Source: Vicugna vicugna
Taxonomy: Eukaryota
Direction of reading: 5' to 3'
Assembly (NCBI GenBank): GCA_013265495.1
Contig: MU058844.1
Span: 626,941-690,940, forward strand
DNA: 64,000 bases
In this document: positions 1-12,284 of the stretch, piece after piece
Layout: each line of letters opens with the position of its first letter
Position numbering within the stretch: the first letter of the stretch is position 1
Made by a program: the position numbers and the translations under genes
Notes under the pieces: model-generated
The model's input: the letters and a program-made list of their open reading frames with translations, nothing else
Database searches by the model: none
What the model was told of the DNA's origin: nothing

Positions 1-425
1 CACCTGAAGGAAAAGATCAAGAGTTCAGTGAAATGGCCAGAAAAATTGAGCTCTGCCATTTCCAGTCACCGAAGTGAGCTACCATATGCTTCTACATAAG
101 CACAGAAGATCAGACATGGATGTCTGGTGTTTTGCTAGGTTACAGTTGCTCAAAGGATTTTTTTTTGGAACTTAGGAGATGAGGAGCCTACAAATGGCTT
201 CTGTGCAGAAGGTAGATAATCAGGCTCATGTTTGTTCTCAATCGTAGCAGCTGTTTGGACTCAGAAAGAGTATCTGCCATCTAGTTTGTCACCTGAAGGA
301 AAAGATCAAGAGTTCAGTGAAATGGCCAGAAAAATTGAGCTCTGCCATTTCCAGTCACCGAAGTGAGCTACCATATGCTTCTACATAAGCACAGAAGATC
401 AGACATGGATGTCTGGTGTTTTGCT
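1..425. repeat. Tandem duplication, 289-bp period (first copy cut by window edge)
   Basis: 1-136 is identical to 290-425 (CACCTGAAGG...GGTGTTTTGCT). Confidence 0.95.
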
Positions 426-689
426 CATTTATAGATCAGCTGAGACAAACTTCTTGCTACTGGCCTTGGAGAGGGTGATGGCTGGAGGGGAGAGGCTGGA
501 GAGGATGATGAGGGGAAATCCCAGGTCCCATCAGTAACTCTCAGTCCAGCTCCTGCTGTTCTTATGGCATCTTTGTTTTTCCCTTACAAATGGCCTGTGG
601 CCACTACCGGCTCCCCTCCTACTTCTGTGACTGTTTTTCTCTGCTTTCTTCCTAGGCCTCTCCTCCTGAAATTGCCGACTTAAATGTTG

Positions 690-2100
690 ACACCCGCCCA
701 GGCTTTCCCAATGACTCTTATCTTTTCTAACTTTACCTGTACACTCTGGACAACTTCATCCATCCCCATAGCTCCACTTGGCATCTCTGTTCATGATGGC
801 TCTAAAATGAAGCCCACATCTCTAGCCCAGACCTCTTTCTCTGGTTCCATATATGTCTCAGACTCCACATATTTGATCTGAATTCATGCTGCTCCCAGAG
901 GCTGCGCCTTCTCCAGAGATCCTTGTCTCTGGAATATTGACCAAGATTTGACTGTGCTCATGATATTCCAAGCTCAATTCCAAGCATTTAACATGCTTTA
1001 TCTCATTTTACCTTTTCAAGAGTCCTATACAGAAGATATAGTTATGGTCGCCATTTCACACATCTGCCCCAGGTTCAACAGCATGTCTTAGGTAGAGCTG
1101 AGGTTCAAATGTAGGCTGTGTAGACCAGAGCCCACAATCTAACAGCTCTGCTGTGCTGCTTGCTGTTGTACATGTATCCAAGTCAGAAGCCAGGGCATCA
1201 TTTTTGATGCCTCTTTCTCACTTGCCTCCCATATCCAATCCAATGCCAATCCCATCACTTTTACCTCCTGAATAAATTTCTATCTCTTCCTGTTTCTTCA
1301 CTGTTACCACCCAAGTCCAAGCTATTGCCTCTTTCCTGGACACATGCAATGGCCTCCTAACAGCTCATCCTCCTTCCCACCCTATATACTTCCCATATTA
1401 CAACCAAAGAGATCTCTAAGACATAAATTCAGTTGAGTCACTCTGCTAATTAAAATGCTCCAATGGTTTCCTGTTACCCTCAGGTCAAAGTCTGAACTCC
1501 TGTTAAAGGATAAACTGAGGCGCATTAAACATAAACATTTTTAGAGTTTATCTGAGAAAAAATTCAATTTGAATTGATATCCACTAACCGGAAGTGGTTA
1601 GGAGTGCTCAACCAACAGGAGCCAGAGGCGAGACCAACAGAGAAGGTGTGGAAGCAAAGAAAGGAAAATATCTGATGGGCTACAGCTTAAAGCTAGTTGG
1701 CTGTTTGTGATTGATTATCCCTAGGTTTTGATTTCTTAACCTTGAAGCTTTTGCAGCCTTCAGTTTTGGTTTGTCTGTGTAGACCAACTAACATTAGAGC
1801 CGCCTCAGTCTAATGGGCTCCTGGTTTAATTAATTCAACACCCCTTAACATGCCTTAAAAAGCCTGCTCTGGGCTCTGTTTTCCTCTCCACCTCATCCGT
1901 CTCCCCACACTCCTTCCCCTCACCTTATATTGTCCACGTGTTCCATTCTTTCTGAACCTGTTCCCTTTTCTGACTGTTGGAAGGGTATCTGCTCTCTCTC
2001 ACCTTTTGGCCACTGAGCCCTGGAACACTCTCTCCCTTCTCTTCACCTGGTTTACTCCTACTCATCCTTTAAAGCCTCAGGATCTCCTCCTTGAGACCCT
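690..2100 (+). mobile_element. L2 LINE fragments, interrupted by a MIR (~985-1140) and an ERV1 LTR (1501-1840)
   Basis: L2-like tracts (ATCTCTAGCCCAGACCTCT, ATCCAAGTCAGAAGCCAGGGCATCAT, TCCTGGACACATGCAATGGCCTCCTAAC, CTCCAATGGTTTCC); L2 resumes after the LTR. Confidence 0.75.
1501..1840 (-). mobile_element. ERV1-class solo LTR (MER51/MER57-like ends)
   Basis: TG...CA termini (TGTTAAAGGATAAACTGAGG...TTAATTCAACA); 4-bp near-TSD CTCC/CCCC; cleanly splits the L2. Confidence 0.75.
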
Positions 2101-2149
2101 AGAAAGGGATTTTGGTGCCTTGGCTGTGTGTTCCAGAATAGCTGCCCCT

Positions 2150-2885
2150 TACCATGTGCCAGGTTCTGAGCACTTTAAATATATTCACCCATTAAATTTC
2201 ACAACAATCCCATGAGGTAAGTACAATGATTATTTCCATTTAGCAGATGAGGAAGTTGAAGCACAAAGTGTATCAGTCACAGTCCAGTCAAACAGTTTAA
2301 GTATATTCACTCATTTAATTTCACAATTATTATTTCCATTTAGCAGACAAGGAAGTTGATGCACAAAGTGTATCTGTCATAGTCCAGTCAGAAAAGCTGA
2401 TGCTACTGGCATAGTTCACAGGAGGAAACTTGATATAGGGCTCTGACGACAAGGGTATTACAAGAGCAGGAGAGGCAGAGAGTAGATGGCAAGGCAACCT
2501 AGAAATCAGCAACAGAAGGAAGCTGGTGCTGCAGGTTAGAGGGATGGGGGAGACAGCTGAGGTGCTGGGACTGCCCAACAGCCAGAACCTGGGAGGAGAT
2601 GCAGCCCCTGCCAGAGCTGCCACCCCAGAGAGGGAGTGAAACACCCTGACACTTCCCTCCTACCCACTAAGCTCCACCAGTGCTTCCCCATGGCTGAGCT
2701 AAAGGACATTCACTGGCAAAGGAGCCTGGGACTTCACAGAAGTCAAGGGAAAAATGGAAAATGAGTTGCGAGTAAACAGGCAGAAGACAGATCCAGAGGA
2801 GCTAAGTAATTAGCTCAAGGTCACATAGCTTCTGAGCATCACGGGCCAGGTAGTTCATCCCTATAATGTGCATCCTTAACAAGTG
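2150..2885 (-). mobile_element. MIR split by an old ERVL-type LTR (~2369-2793)
   Basis: MIR core ATTTCCATTTAGCAGATGAGGAAGTTGAAGCACA resumes at ~2794 as GAGGAGCTAAGTAATTAGCTCAAGGTCACATAGCT; the insert begins TGTATC(A/T)GTCA(C/T)AGTCCAGTCA. Confidence 0.7.
2174..2390. repeat. Diverged tandem duplication spanning the MIR/LTR junction
   Basis: 2174-2290 versus 2296-2390; the second copy lacks 22 bp. Confidence 0.9.
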
Positions 2886-4597
2886 TTGGATGTTGTCTCT
2901 CTGAGAACCTTGGGCAAGGCATTGAATCACCTTTGCTTCAGATACATAAAATGCAGATAATAGTAGTAGCGTCCGTGAAAAAGATTAAATGAGTTAAAAT
3001 ATGTCAAATAGTTTGAACAGTGCCTGCAGTCATAAAAGCAGTCAGTCTTGTTCACCATTACAGGGACAAGGATCTCAGGAGGAGACAGTGGTCTGCTGAT
3101 GGAAGCCATGCCCGGCATTGCTGTAAGCTCATTCTCTGTAATGTAGTTGCTATCTCCTCTTCGGGATGATTAAACGGAAGTTCCAAGAGTTGACTCGGCC
3201 AAGGTGATATAGCAAAAGTGGGAGTAGGACTCAAGAATTGGATCCAGAGTCAGCCTGTTTGAAATTCCTCTGTAACAGACTCTTCCAGCTAAACTTCTAT
3301 GAGACACGTTTGGTGCCTTTTTACCTTTGATTTCCTGTAACTGGCTCAGTGCCTAGTGCCTGGAAGGTACTCACAGCATATTCACTTTATGAGTTTTAAA
3401 TGCCCTGATGATTTGCTAGTGCCCATGGAAAGTGAATATTCCCAGATTTGCCTCTGGATTTCTTGATCAGCAGTAAAGTGTCCAGCCATGAGTGATAGGC
3501 ACGGCCTCCCTTCAGGGATTGATTCTTGGATGTCTTTACAATGCGTCCCCAGGTGTCCCAGCTTTGCCATTTCATCCAGTTCTGTGATGTCTTCTCCTGA
3601 CCCTCCCCTTCTAGAGATAATCCATTTTCTACCTTGCTGAGCACTCAGGGTAACCAAGGCTGAGTCAGAGTGGGGAAGATTGCAGCTGGAGATGTAAGAG
3701 AAAATGAAATGGGCCAAAAAGTCACCATTAGGGAGTTCTTGAGGGCATTTGCAGACCATAATTTAAGAACTGCTCATGTGGAGTAAGATGGGACTGAGAA
3801 TTTCATCTTCCTAGGACAAATTATTTCTATTTTTAACTCAGTAATTGAATTGGTATATGAAGTGGAAGCAAATCACTCTTTGCCTATTTTCCCCACATAA
3901 AGAAGAGGGCAAAGATAATTTTCACCAAGTGTTGGAAAGGCTGTGTGAAATTAATTACTGACTTGAGTTTTGGCATGGGGACATTGGGTAAAACTAATTT
4001 TTTGATCCATTTACAACAAGTATGCTTTGGGGTTATGCCCTTTCTTGAAGTTTCTCTCATCTTGCCAGTTGAAAGGGTTGGGCTTCTTGTGAGAAGCCAA
4101 GGTGTGTTTATTTAACAAATAATATCAATTACGTACTTGATAATGGTTCCCTTTTTCCTTTGGCTACTTACAAAGAGCAGAGCCAAATTGGTTGTTCAAA
4201 GCTTGGAAGCCTACGGGATTTCCCGGCCTGCCTACCAGGTCCTAACCTCATGGCCGGACTTGCTCTCTGTCCTGTTTTCTGTCTTCTTGTCCTCCACCTA
4301 CATGTAATGGGCTGTAGCTTGCTGAATTGTATGCATCTTTGAAAATCACCCCTAGTCCTTTCTGGAACAATACAAATAAGTATGTAGCTACCGACTCAAA
4401 TATTTTTTATCATAGACTTGATTCCTCCCTTTGTTTTAGAGGGGCACTCTGAACTACTGACATGCATCAACGTCCCATTACTTTCTAGAATGAACACATT
4501 TTGCAGAAGCCTTCTAAAGGCAAAAGCTAAATATTAAAGTCTGGGGTTTCTAGCTGAGAGGATTTGTAGTTTTACAATTGGTTGATCAAGAAATATA

Positions 4598-4925
4598 TGT
4601 TGAGTGGTTGCCTGAGGCAGGGGGTGGGGGTGGGTGAAATGGGTAAAGGACGTCAAAAGGTATAAACTTTCAGTGATAGGCTAAATAAGTCCTGAGGATG
4701 TAATGTACAGCTCGGTGACTATAATTAACAATCCTGTACTGTATATTGGAAAGTTGCTAAGAGAGTACATCTTACAAGTCTCATCACAAGAGAAAAAAAT
4801 TTGTAACTATGTGTGGTGATAGATGTTTACTAGACTTACTGCGGTGATCATTTCATAGTGTATGCATATATCATTATGTTGTGCACTAAAATGAATATAT
4901 GTTGTATGTCAATTATGTCTCAAAA
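4598..4925 (+). mobile_element. L1 3' UTR fragment (L1MA9/10-like)
   Basis: GTGGTTGCC...G-rich tract...GGATGTAATGTACAGC...GAAAGTTGCTAAGAGAGTA...TGTATGTCAATTATGTCTCAA. Confidence 0.85.
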
Positions 4926-5267
4926 ATATATACAAACAAATGATTAAAAAGATCTGATACACGTTTCAAGAATAATCAAGTCATCAGAAATGATAGTGAG
5001 TAAACTGAAGAAGTAGTGTTTGCTGAAATGAGATGTACTGGGGGGAGGCAGTCCCGATGTTTTAATATTGGCTTGTTAAACACATTCCTAGCTATTACAC
5101 TGATTGTATTTGGCCTTTGCTCTTGTAAAATATAGGTACAGTATACAGTAGAGATTGAGGAAAGGAAACAATTTAAGCAAGTAGATTAATACAAATAAAT
5201 TTGCAATGGTCAGTGCCAAAAATAGAGAGAGAAAGAAATAGAAGGAAAGGAAAATATACATTGAGAA

Positions 5268-5362
5268 GACAAATATATGTATGTATATGCATAGCTGGGA
5301 CACTGTGCTGAATACCACAAATTGACACATTGTAATTGACTGTACTTCAACTAAAAAGAAAA
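5268..5362 (+). mobile_element. Very short (~95 bp) L1 3' end
   Basis: Reverse complement of the L1 end at ~58270 (TTGACACATTGTAATTGACTGTACTTCAA plus A-tail); degenerate TSD AAATATA(C/T)ATTGA. Confidence 0.75.
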
Positions 5363-5889
5363 GAAATATATATTGAAAATCTGATTGATTTTTGTAATGT
5401 TTTTAAATGAGTTTACCTTTTATTAATGCATATACAAAAAATAAAATGAATACATGTGTAATTTATTAATCATATTTGATTAATCAAAACCAATCTACAC
5501 ATATTTGAAAAATAGTTGGGTAGACATCTGCTGAAAATAGAGTGTTGGGTCGTGGACATGTCTGTAAGCACATGGAGAGAAGACCCTTTTGAGAGCCTTT
5601 TAGTGCCCTAGAGGCTGAGCCATGCAGGCTGGGAAGCTGGCATCCTGCCCTTACTGTTTTTAAGGCATCCTTGGTTAGGTGCTAGCGCCCCCAGGGATGC
5701 TGTTGCACTAGAGTGTTTTCCTTTTGTGAAAAATGAAAAATAATTAGCTCTAATGCCACCTTCATTGGTAAAATTTCCCTTCTAACTTTCTAGACATGCA
5801 TCAAAACCACTTCATTAAATATGAACAATGTTTAAATAGGATACATTTGTGTTGAGATTTTTTTAACTAAATCCTGTGATATATATTTT

Positions 5890-6195
5890 TGTTTTGTTTT
5901 GTTTTTTAAATCTTTTCCTCTAGTGTTATTGAGATATAATTGGCATACCCAGCACTGTGTAAGTTTAAGGTGTACAGCACAAAGATTTGACTTACATACA
6001 TCGTGAAATGATTATCACAGTAAGTTTAGTAAACATTCATTATCTCATATAGATACAAAATAAAGGAAAAAAAATTTCCTTGTGATAAGAACTCTTAAGA
6101 TTTATTTACTCTCTTAACTTTCATATATAATATACAGCAGTGTTAATTGTATTAATCATGTTGTACATTACATCCTTAGTACATATTTTATTCTT
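5890..6195 (-). mobile_element. L1 3' end (L1MA9-like)
   Basis: TTATTGAGATATAATTG...AAGTTTAAGGTGTACAGC...; closely similar to 52250-52520. Confidence 0.85.
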
Positions 6196-7639
6196 ACCAA
6201 TTATATATAATTTAATGATTATATATTCCTATTAGAGAATAGATCTAAGAAGACAGGGATCTTTCTTTGTGAAAAGGAAACTGTAGATGAGTGAATGGGT
6301 TGACTGAGGCGACACTTTAAGTGGGAGGCTGAGCTGAGACTAGAACTTTACTTCTTAAAGTGAATTATGCTGCTTTTTCCTTGACTAACGCCGACCTGCA
6401 CCCCCCCACCCCCACCCCAGCCACTAAATCTTTTTAGGTAAACAAGGTCCCAACGACCCCATCACCTCTCAGGCTTTTCCCCCAGTGACATACCAGTACG
6501 GTGCCCAGACCTGTGTCTCTGTGTCTCCAACACCATTGCCTCCCACTGGGGTCTTGAAATCCCTCTGCCATTTACAGACCATCAGAAATCGAGATTATTC
6601 ACTCTAGACAGCAGCTTTTCTGCTATATAGATTGCTCTTTTATGAACAAAGACTGGCACATCTGATCTATAGGATTTTTGTGGTTGTTTAATGGAATTTA
6701 TTGAAACCAACACCTCAAAGCAGTGTTTGCATGGATAACCATGCCTCAGAAAAGGTCTGTGCTTAAACCCTGATATTAAGCAGTGTTCAATGAAAGGCCC
6801 TCTTGGCTGAATGGTCCCCGCTGCAGACACTTCCCAGGCTTGGAGGAAAGTTGGCAGGGCTCCATTTTGCTAATCTGTGTGTGGCGTTTTTCCTCAACCC
6901 CTTATGTGGGTTAATTCTGAATTATGATCCTGCTTTCGGTGGCGGGGGGGGGGGTCCCTGAGGAAATTTGGAGAGAAAATGCAACTTGTTTTGTTGAACT
7001 GAAAACCACGTAGCTGGTGTTTGGCTAGGAGTTAAAAAAAAAAAAGGAAAAACTCATGAGAAGAAACAAAATGAAACACAAGCACTCTCTTTCAGATGGG
7101 GCAGTGCAGGGTATGGGAGGACAGTGGGAGGAGGTGGCAATCGTAGAGGAGGCAGCTGAGTTTATTTTTAACACCGGTTAAAGGCATACTCTGTGTTCTT
7201 TCCTTTTAAAAATAGACTTTTAACCTCTTGAAGCCTTTTTTCTCTGTTCTGCCTGTGGGGTAATACCCGATTTGTGGCAGGCAACTCCCACTGGATCTTT
7301 TCCCATTACAAGCTCACTGGCCAAGTACTTAGAAGGATGGAAAAACCCCAGACTTTTTCTTCCAAGAGCTCCTGATCAGCATATGTACGCAGCTCCTGTG
7401 CACAGAGGGGCTTATAAACACCGGTTGCTTATCTGGACCTTGAGCTTTATGGCATTTTTCAAAACTTGCTGGTTAGGAAATATAGCCTCTTTTTTAAATA
7501 GTCAGGGTTAATAAAATAGTGGATATAGTCTTTTTGAAGTCCATTGCAGTAATTTATTAATTGAGATTATGAATGACACAGCACCCACATAAAGACATTC
7601 GCACCCATGAAATTATAATAAGTATAAATAATATGATAA

Positions 7640-7850
7640 TTGCTGATCTCTAACACTTATTGAGGGCTTACTATGTGCCAGGCACTCTTTCACATACATT
7701 TGATGCTTTGAACAGTGCTCTCAATATTATCATCCATTTTACAGATGAAAAAAAATTGGGCTCAAGGCTAGTATATAACTTGTGAAGTTATAAAGTCAGT
7801 GAGTGGTATAGGGGAAAGGAATTCAAATGCAAGCAGCCAGGCAGTTCAAG
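7640..7850 (-). mobile_element. MIR
   Basis: TTATTGAGGGCTTACTATGTGCCAGGCAC...CCATTTTTACAGATGAAAAA. Confidence 0.8.
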
Positions 7851-8009
7851 TCAACTGCTAACGCGTACAGTGAGCCCATAATTAGACAAGGAGCACCTAC
7901 CTTAAGATACTTTTGCTTCCATCTGTTGGAAAGTTATCAACTGTACTAATTTTGTTAGAACATTTTATTGCCACTTGCAAGACAGTTGTCATAATATGAA
8001 TGTAAATCT

Positions 8010-8095
8010 ACAATGCTGACAAGGTGAAGGTGCCCCCTGAGATGTGATACCCTTGTGCAGTGCACAACCTGCATTGTACAAAGTTATGTACGCAG
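8010..8095. mobile_element. MER91-like hAT-Tip100 MITE fragment
   Basis: GGTGCCCCCTGAG...TGTGCAGTGCACAACCTGCA, recalled as diagnostic of MER91. Confidence 0.6.
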
Positions 8096-8399
8096 ATTGC
8101 TGTAGTTTAGAAGGCGAGGGGACTAGTCTTTCAGTTTTTTAGAGGTAACCAGACTGATCTAGTCTGAACTAGTACAAATCATTCATGAATCTCTGAAACT
8201 TGTATTTGTGCACAGTACAAAAATGCTCTGCCCCTACTTCCCTTTTCTTCCCCTTTGGGGAATAAACATTGAATTCACATTGGAACAGTGAGGTCCATGT
8301 ATATGCATGGGTATATGAGTGTGTTAAGGTGCAGGGGAGAAAGGAATAGAACAGTTCACAAGCCTAGGAGATCAAAATTTTATTATGGAGAATTAAAAA

Positions 8400-8920
8400 A
8401 ATATACTGAAGTAGACCAAAAAGCATCATGAACCCCAGTTACCCTCAGGAACCTAACACCCAGCTCAGCAACTGTCAGCTAATTATCAACTAATGACAAG
8501 TTGCTTCATCTCTTTCTACTCACTCCTCCCTTTTTGGAAACAAATTCTAGATACCGTATCATTTTATCCAAAAACATTTCAGTATATTTCTCTACAAGAT
8601 GTAAACTATTAAAAAAAAACATGTATTATCATTACATCTCAACAGAAATAGCAATAAATCCTTAATGCCATCATATATCCAATCAGTGCCCAAAATGTCA
8701 GCTGTCTTCCAAATGTCCCGAATTTTCTTTCGGTTTTGCTTGTTTTCACTTTGTGTTTGTTTGAAATGGGAATCAACTAAGTTCAAACATCACATTGTTG
8801 GTAATGTCTCTTAGTCTCTTTGAATCTATAAGTTCTCCCTTCATCTCTTTTTTCCACAGTCTGGATTTTGCTGACATGCTGATATGGCACCCCCATAATG
8901 TAGTTTAACATGTTTCTCTG
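8400..8920 (-). mobile_element. Old L1 3' region (L1MC/MD/ME-like)
   Basis: AAACAAATTCTAGATACCGTATCATTTTATCC...AATAAATCCTTAATGCCATCATATATCCAATCAGTG. Confidence 0.75.
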
Positions 8921-9010
8921 TGCCAGAATCCCTTCCGGGAGGAGTCCAGGCATCTGTATATTCTTTTAAGGTGCTTGGGTGAATTTGAGCCACAGGCTTG
9001 GAAAGTCCTA
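8921..9010. mobile_element. MER5-like hAT-Charlie fragment
   Basis: CAGAATC...CCAGGCATCTGTATATT...GGTGAATTTGAG. Confidence 0.55.
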
Positions 9011-10594
9011 GAAAAGCTCAGTGTCTGCTCCAAGACTTCTTAATGTCTTGGCTGAAGAAACGAAACTCTGAGGCTCTTACTTGAGTACCTACCATGCTGA
9101 AAGCAGATGTCCACCAACTGTTGACAGGTGAAGAACACTGGCTTGCTTGTTGAGAGCGTGTAGAATCCCCAGGAGAATTTCCTGTTCTCCAGGAGGACAA
9201 TTTCTCAGCCAGGTTTGGGAAGGGGCAGTAGACCTGCACTGGTGCCATAGGAAACGAGTACCTTCCAGTCGAGTGATTTGGAACCATGTGAGAACCAGTA
9301 ACCAGCTGGCAAATTGCCAATTAACAGGCAAAGCCTCTATTTTGTGGACCTGAACAAGCTGGTGCTTGACTTAAGTGGAGTTTAAATAACTGGTAAAACC
9401 AAATGTTCTATGAATACTTGACTGATGTTGAATCTGCATGTCTTCAACAGATTGTGAAATGAACACTTTTGATTCATTTTGAGCAATATAAAAAAAAAGA
9501 TTCTGGCTTTGCTGAAGAAATCAAACAAAGTCTGATTTGGGCTCTGGTTTATATCCTCCTTCCCCTCAAGAATCTATTGCAACCAATGTTGTTGCTGGCA
9601 AAAGGCAGCCTCACCTTCACTGTGAAAGAAACAGCGATGTCATCTGTCCCAGGCTGCTCTGCTTCTTGGTCAGGAGCCTGAGCTCTTTGTCCCTTGAAGC
9701 GTCAAGATGATTAAAATATAATAACAGAACATTATGTTTTCTTGGTAAGGTTAGGGTTTTCCCTTCCCCACTTCCACATTGGTCATCCACACTTGCCCCA
9801 TCCCCAGATGTCCTCCTTGCCCTACACAGGCTGCCTGGAATGGTGTTTGCCTGGTGCCTGCTGTCGGAGAGCCTGGGGTCAAGGTCTTCTCTGCAACCTC
9901 ACTAGCTGGGTGACCTTGGGTAGGCCACTTGATTCTCTGAGCACTATATTTACCTGTAAAGATTGTATCGCCTGTTCTGCCTATCGTGTGAAGATGTTAT
10001 GAGAATCAAATCAAGAGTTAATGTAGGTGAAAGACCTTTATTAAACTATAAAGCATTGCACAAGTGCCCTGCTGCTTACTGCCTCCATGGCATCCGTTCA
10101 CTCCTGGCTGGCAGTGTAGAAATGGAAATAACACAGATTTTAGAGTCAAATAAAGCCCTATGACTTTTTAGCTGTATCATTTGCACAAGTCTTGCTCTGA
10201 GTCTTGGTTTCCTTACGAATAAAGTGGGCATCATTTTATCCGGCATTTGTTTATTTGCATCTTTACTAACTCACACCACACCTTGATCTACTGTTGTTAG
10301 GAGGACTAAAGCTGAGATAACATATAGTAGATTCTCAAAATGGTAGTTCTTTTTCCTGTCCTGCTCTTGGCAGTTGGACTATGGTATGACCCATCTGGCA
10401 TGCCTTCCTTTGCAGAGAAAGATCCCTTCCTCTGGATTGCTGAGGATAGAACTGTCTGCTTGCTCCTCCATCCTTGCCTACAAGAATACTTGCGTACAGC
10501 TCAGACATACTTCAAATTCTCTTTGTAAATCGATAGAATAGGGAATTACATAATGAAGTCCTGCTCTTATATTACTTGGGAATAAAGATTCCTC

Positions 10595-11080
10595 AACAGC
10601 ATGTGCGAAAAAGACCCAAAGGTTTGGTTGATTGCAAAATTAACATGAGCCGATAGTGTTATGGAGTGAGCAGAAACTATTGTATTTTAGAAAGCACGAA
10701 TGGAAGGGTCCAATTCTACTGGACTCATCCTATTGTGTAGGTCAGATTATATCTGAAGTAAAAGATTCGGTATAAGACGCTGGAGTACTGGGGTGGCTCA
10801 CTAGAAGGGGAGAGCTGACAAAGAGCTTGGGATCCAAGGTGTTTGAGTAACTGTTAGAAAAACTGAGGATACTTACACTGTAGAAGATATATTTCAGGAG
10901 AGCTATGTTATTGTCTTCTGTTTTTTGAATGGCCAAGTAATTAGAGAAAATAGACCACCACCACTTTGCATGTATGGAAAGAACAAATTTCTAAGGAGTA
11001 CGTATATGCATGCATTTGAGGTTATGTGATTCAACTGGAAAGAATTAGGGACAGAAGTTATAGGGAAGTAGTTCTAGTGG
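10595..11080 (+). mobile_element. L3/CR1 LINE fragment
   Basis: GAAAAAGACC...TTGATTGCAAAATTAACATGAGCCGATAGTGT...GGTCAGATTATATCTGAAGT follows the L3 ORF2 3' consensus. Confidence 0.65.
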
Positions 11081-11214
11081 TATTTCTACTTCTCTTCCAT
11101 CTTCAACCTCTGGGCTATTGTAAGCACTGGCTCTTGCAACATATTTAAAACTGGGCTTCCTTATGGCCACTCTTAGCATGGCATTACATACAAAATATAT
11201 CCAAAATAATATTG

Positions 11215-12075
11215 AAATTAGGAACTGGAAAGCAATATACTCAAAATATATGAGAAATTAAAACAGGTAATGAGGAACAATCCTGTACAAGTTTGTCAAT
11301 TAACTGAAATATGCAAAATAGTTTTGTAGAAAACTATAGTTAAAACTGATTCAAGAAGTGGGGGAGGGTATAGCTCAATTGGTAGAGTGTGTGCTTAGCA
11401 TGCACAGGGTCCTGGGTTCAATCCCCAGTACTTCCTCTAAAAATAAATAAATAAGTAAACCTAACTACCTCCCCCCTCAAAAAATAAAATAAAATAAAAT
11501 AAAATAAAATAAAATAAAATAAAATAAAATAAAATAAAATAAATATATATTAAAAAAAACCGATTCAAGAAGAAATAAATGACCTCAACCTATGACCTTG
11601 AAAGACACTAAATCAGTGATAAAATCTACCCAAATTATGAATTCAGATACATTTCTTACAAGTTAGTCTTACCACATTTCTAAGGAATATATAATCCCAA
11701 GCTTCTATGATCTGTTCCACAGAATATAAACAGAGTGTGAAAAGAAAGAATACCCTAAACTCATTCAGTTAGACTGGCTCAAATTTGAATCCAAAATGAG
11801 ACAAAAATAGCAGGGAACATTGTAAGCCAACTTTATTTCTAAATATAAAGATATAAATTCTAATACAATTTAGCAAAAATCAAAACAAAAAAACAAAACC
11901 AATAATACCCTATGACCAAATTGAGCTTATCCCAGGAAAGTCAGGATGGTTTAATGTTAGAAAAATTCATTAGTGTAATTTACCACATTAGCACATTGCC
12001 AGAGAAAAAGCACATAATTATCTTAATAGAAGCAAGAAAAATCATTTGTTAAAATTTTACTCCTTCATATTTAAA
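11215..12075 (+). mobile_element. Old L1 ORF2 fragment (L1M/L1ME) containing a SINE
   Basis: AAAACTGATTCAAGAAGAAATA...TATGACCAAATTGAGCTTATCCCAGGAAAGTCAGGATGGTTTAAT...ATCTTAATAGAAGCAAGAAAAATCATTTG (RT region). Confidence 0.8.
11359..11555 (+). mobile_element. tRNA-Ala-derived SINE (camelid Vic-1 type) with (TAAAA)n tail
   Basis: A box TAGCTCAATTGG, AGC anticodon-like loop, B box GGTTCAATCC, AT-rich tail; 17-bp TSD AAAAC(T/C)GATTCAAGAAG at 11342-11358 and 11556-11572. Confidence 0.92.
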
Positions 12076-12284
12076 AAAAATAGAAAATGTAATAATAGGA
12101 AATGGACATTTCTTTATTTTGTATACATTCATTTTATAAAACTTGAAATTATTCTGAATATTGAACACTTTTTTGTCTAGCTAATGTAGGTTGTCCATTT
12201 CAGGGAACAATTTGGGAATGGAAATCTCTCCAAATTCTCCTTGATAAAGGCAAAAAATACTCTCTCCCTTTACCTGGGCCTGAC

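Noticed and set aside
3382..3759. 125-aa minus-strand ORF as an exon or pseudogene
   Set aside because: No recognisable homology, no poly-A or TSD, no convincing splice sites.
11361..11435. tRNA-Ala(AGC) gene (also 49365-49438)
   Set aside because: Imperfect stems, an AT-rich SINE tail and flanking TSDs show these are SINE heads.
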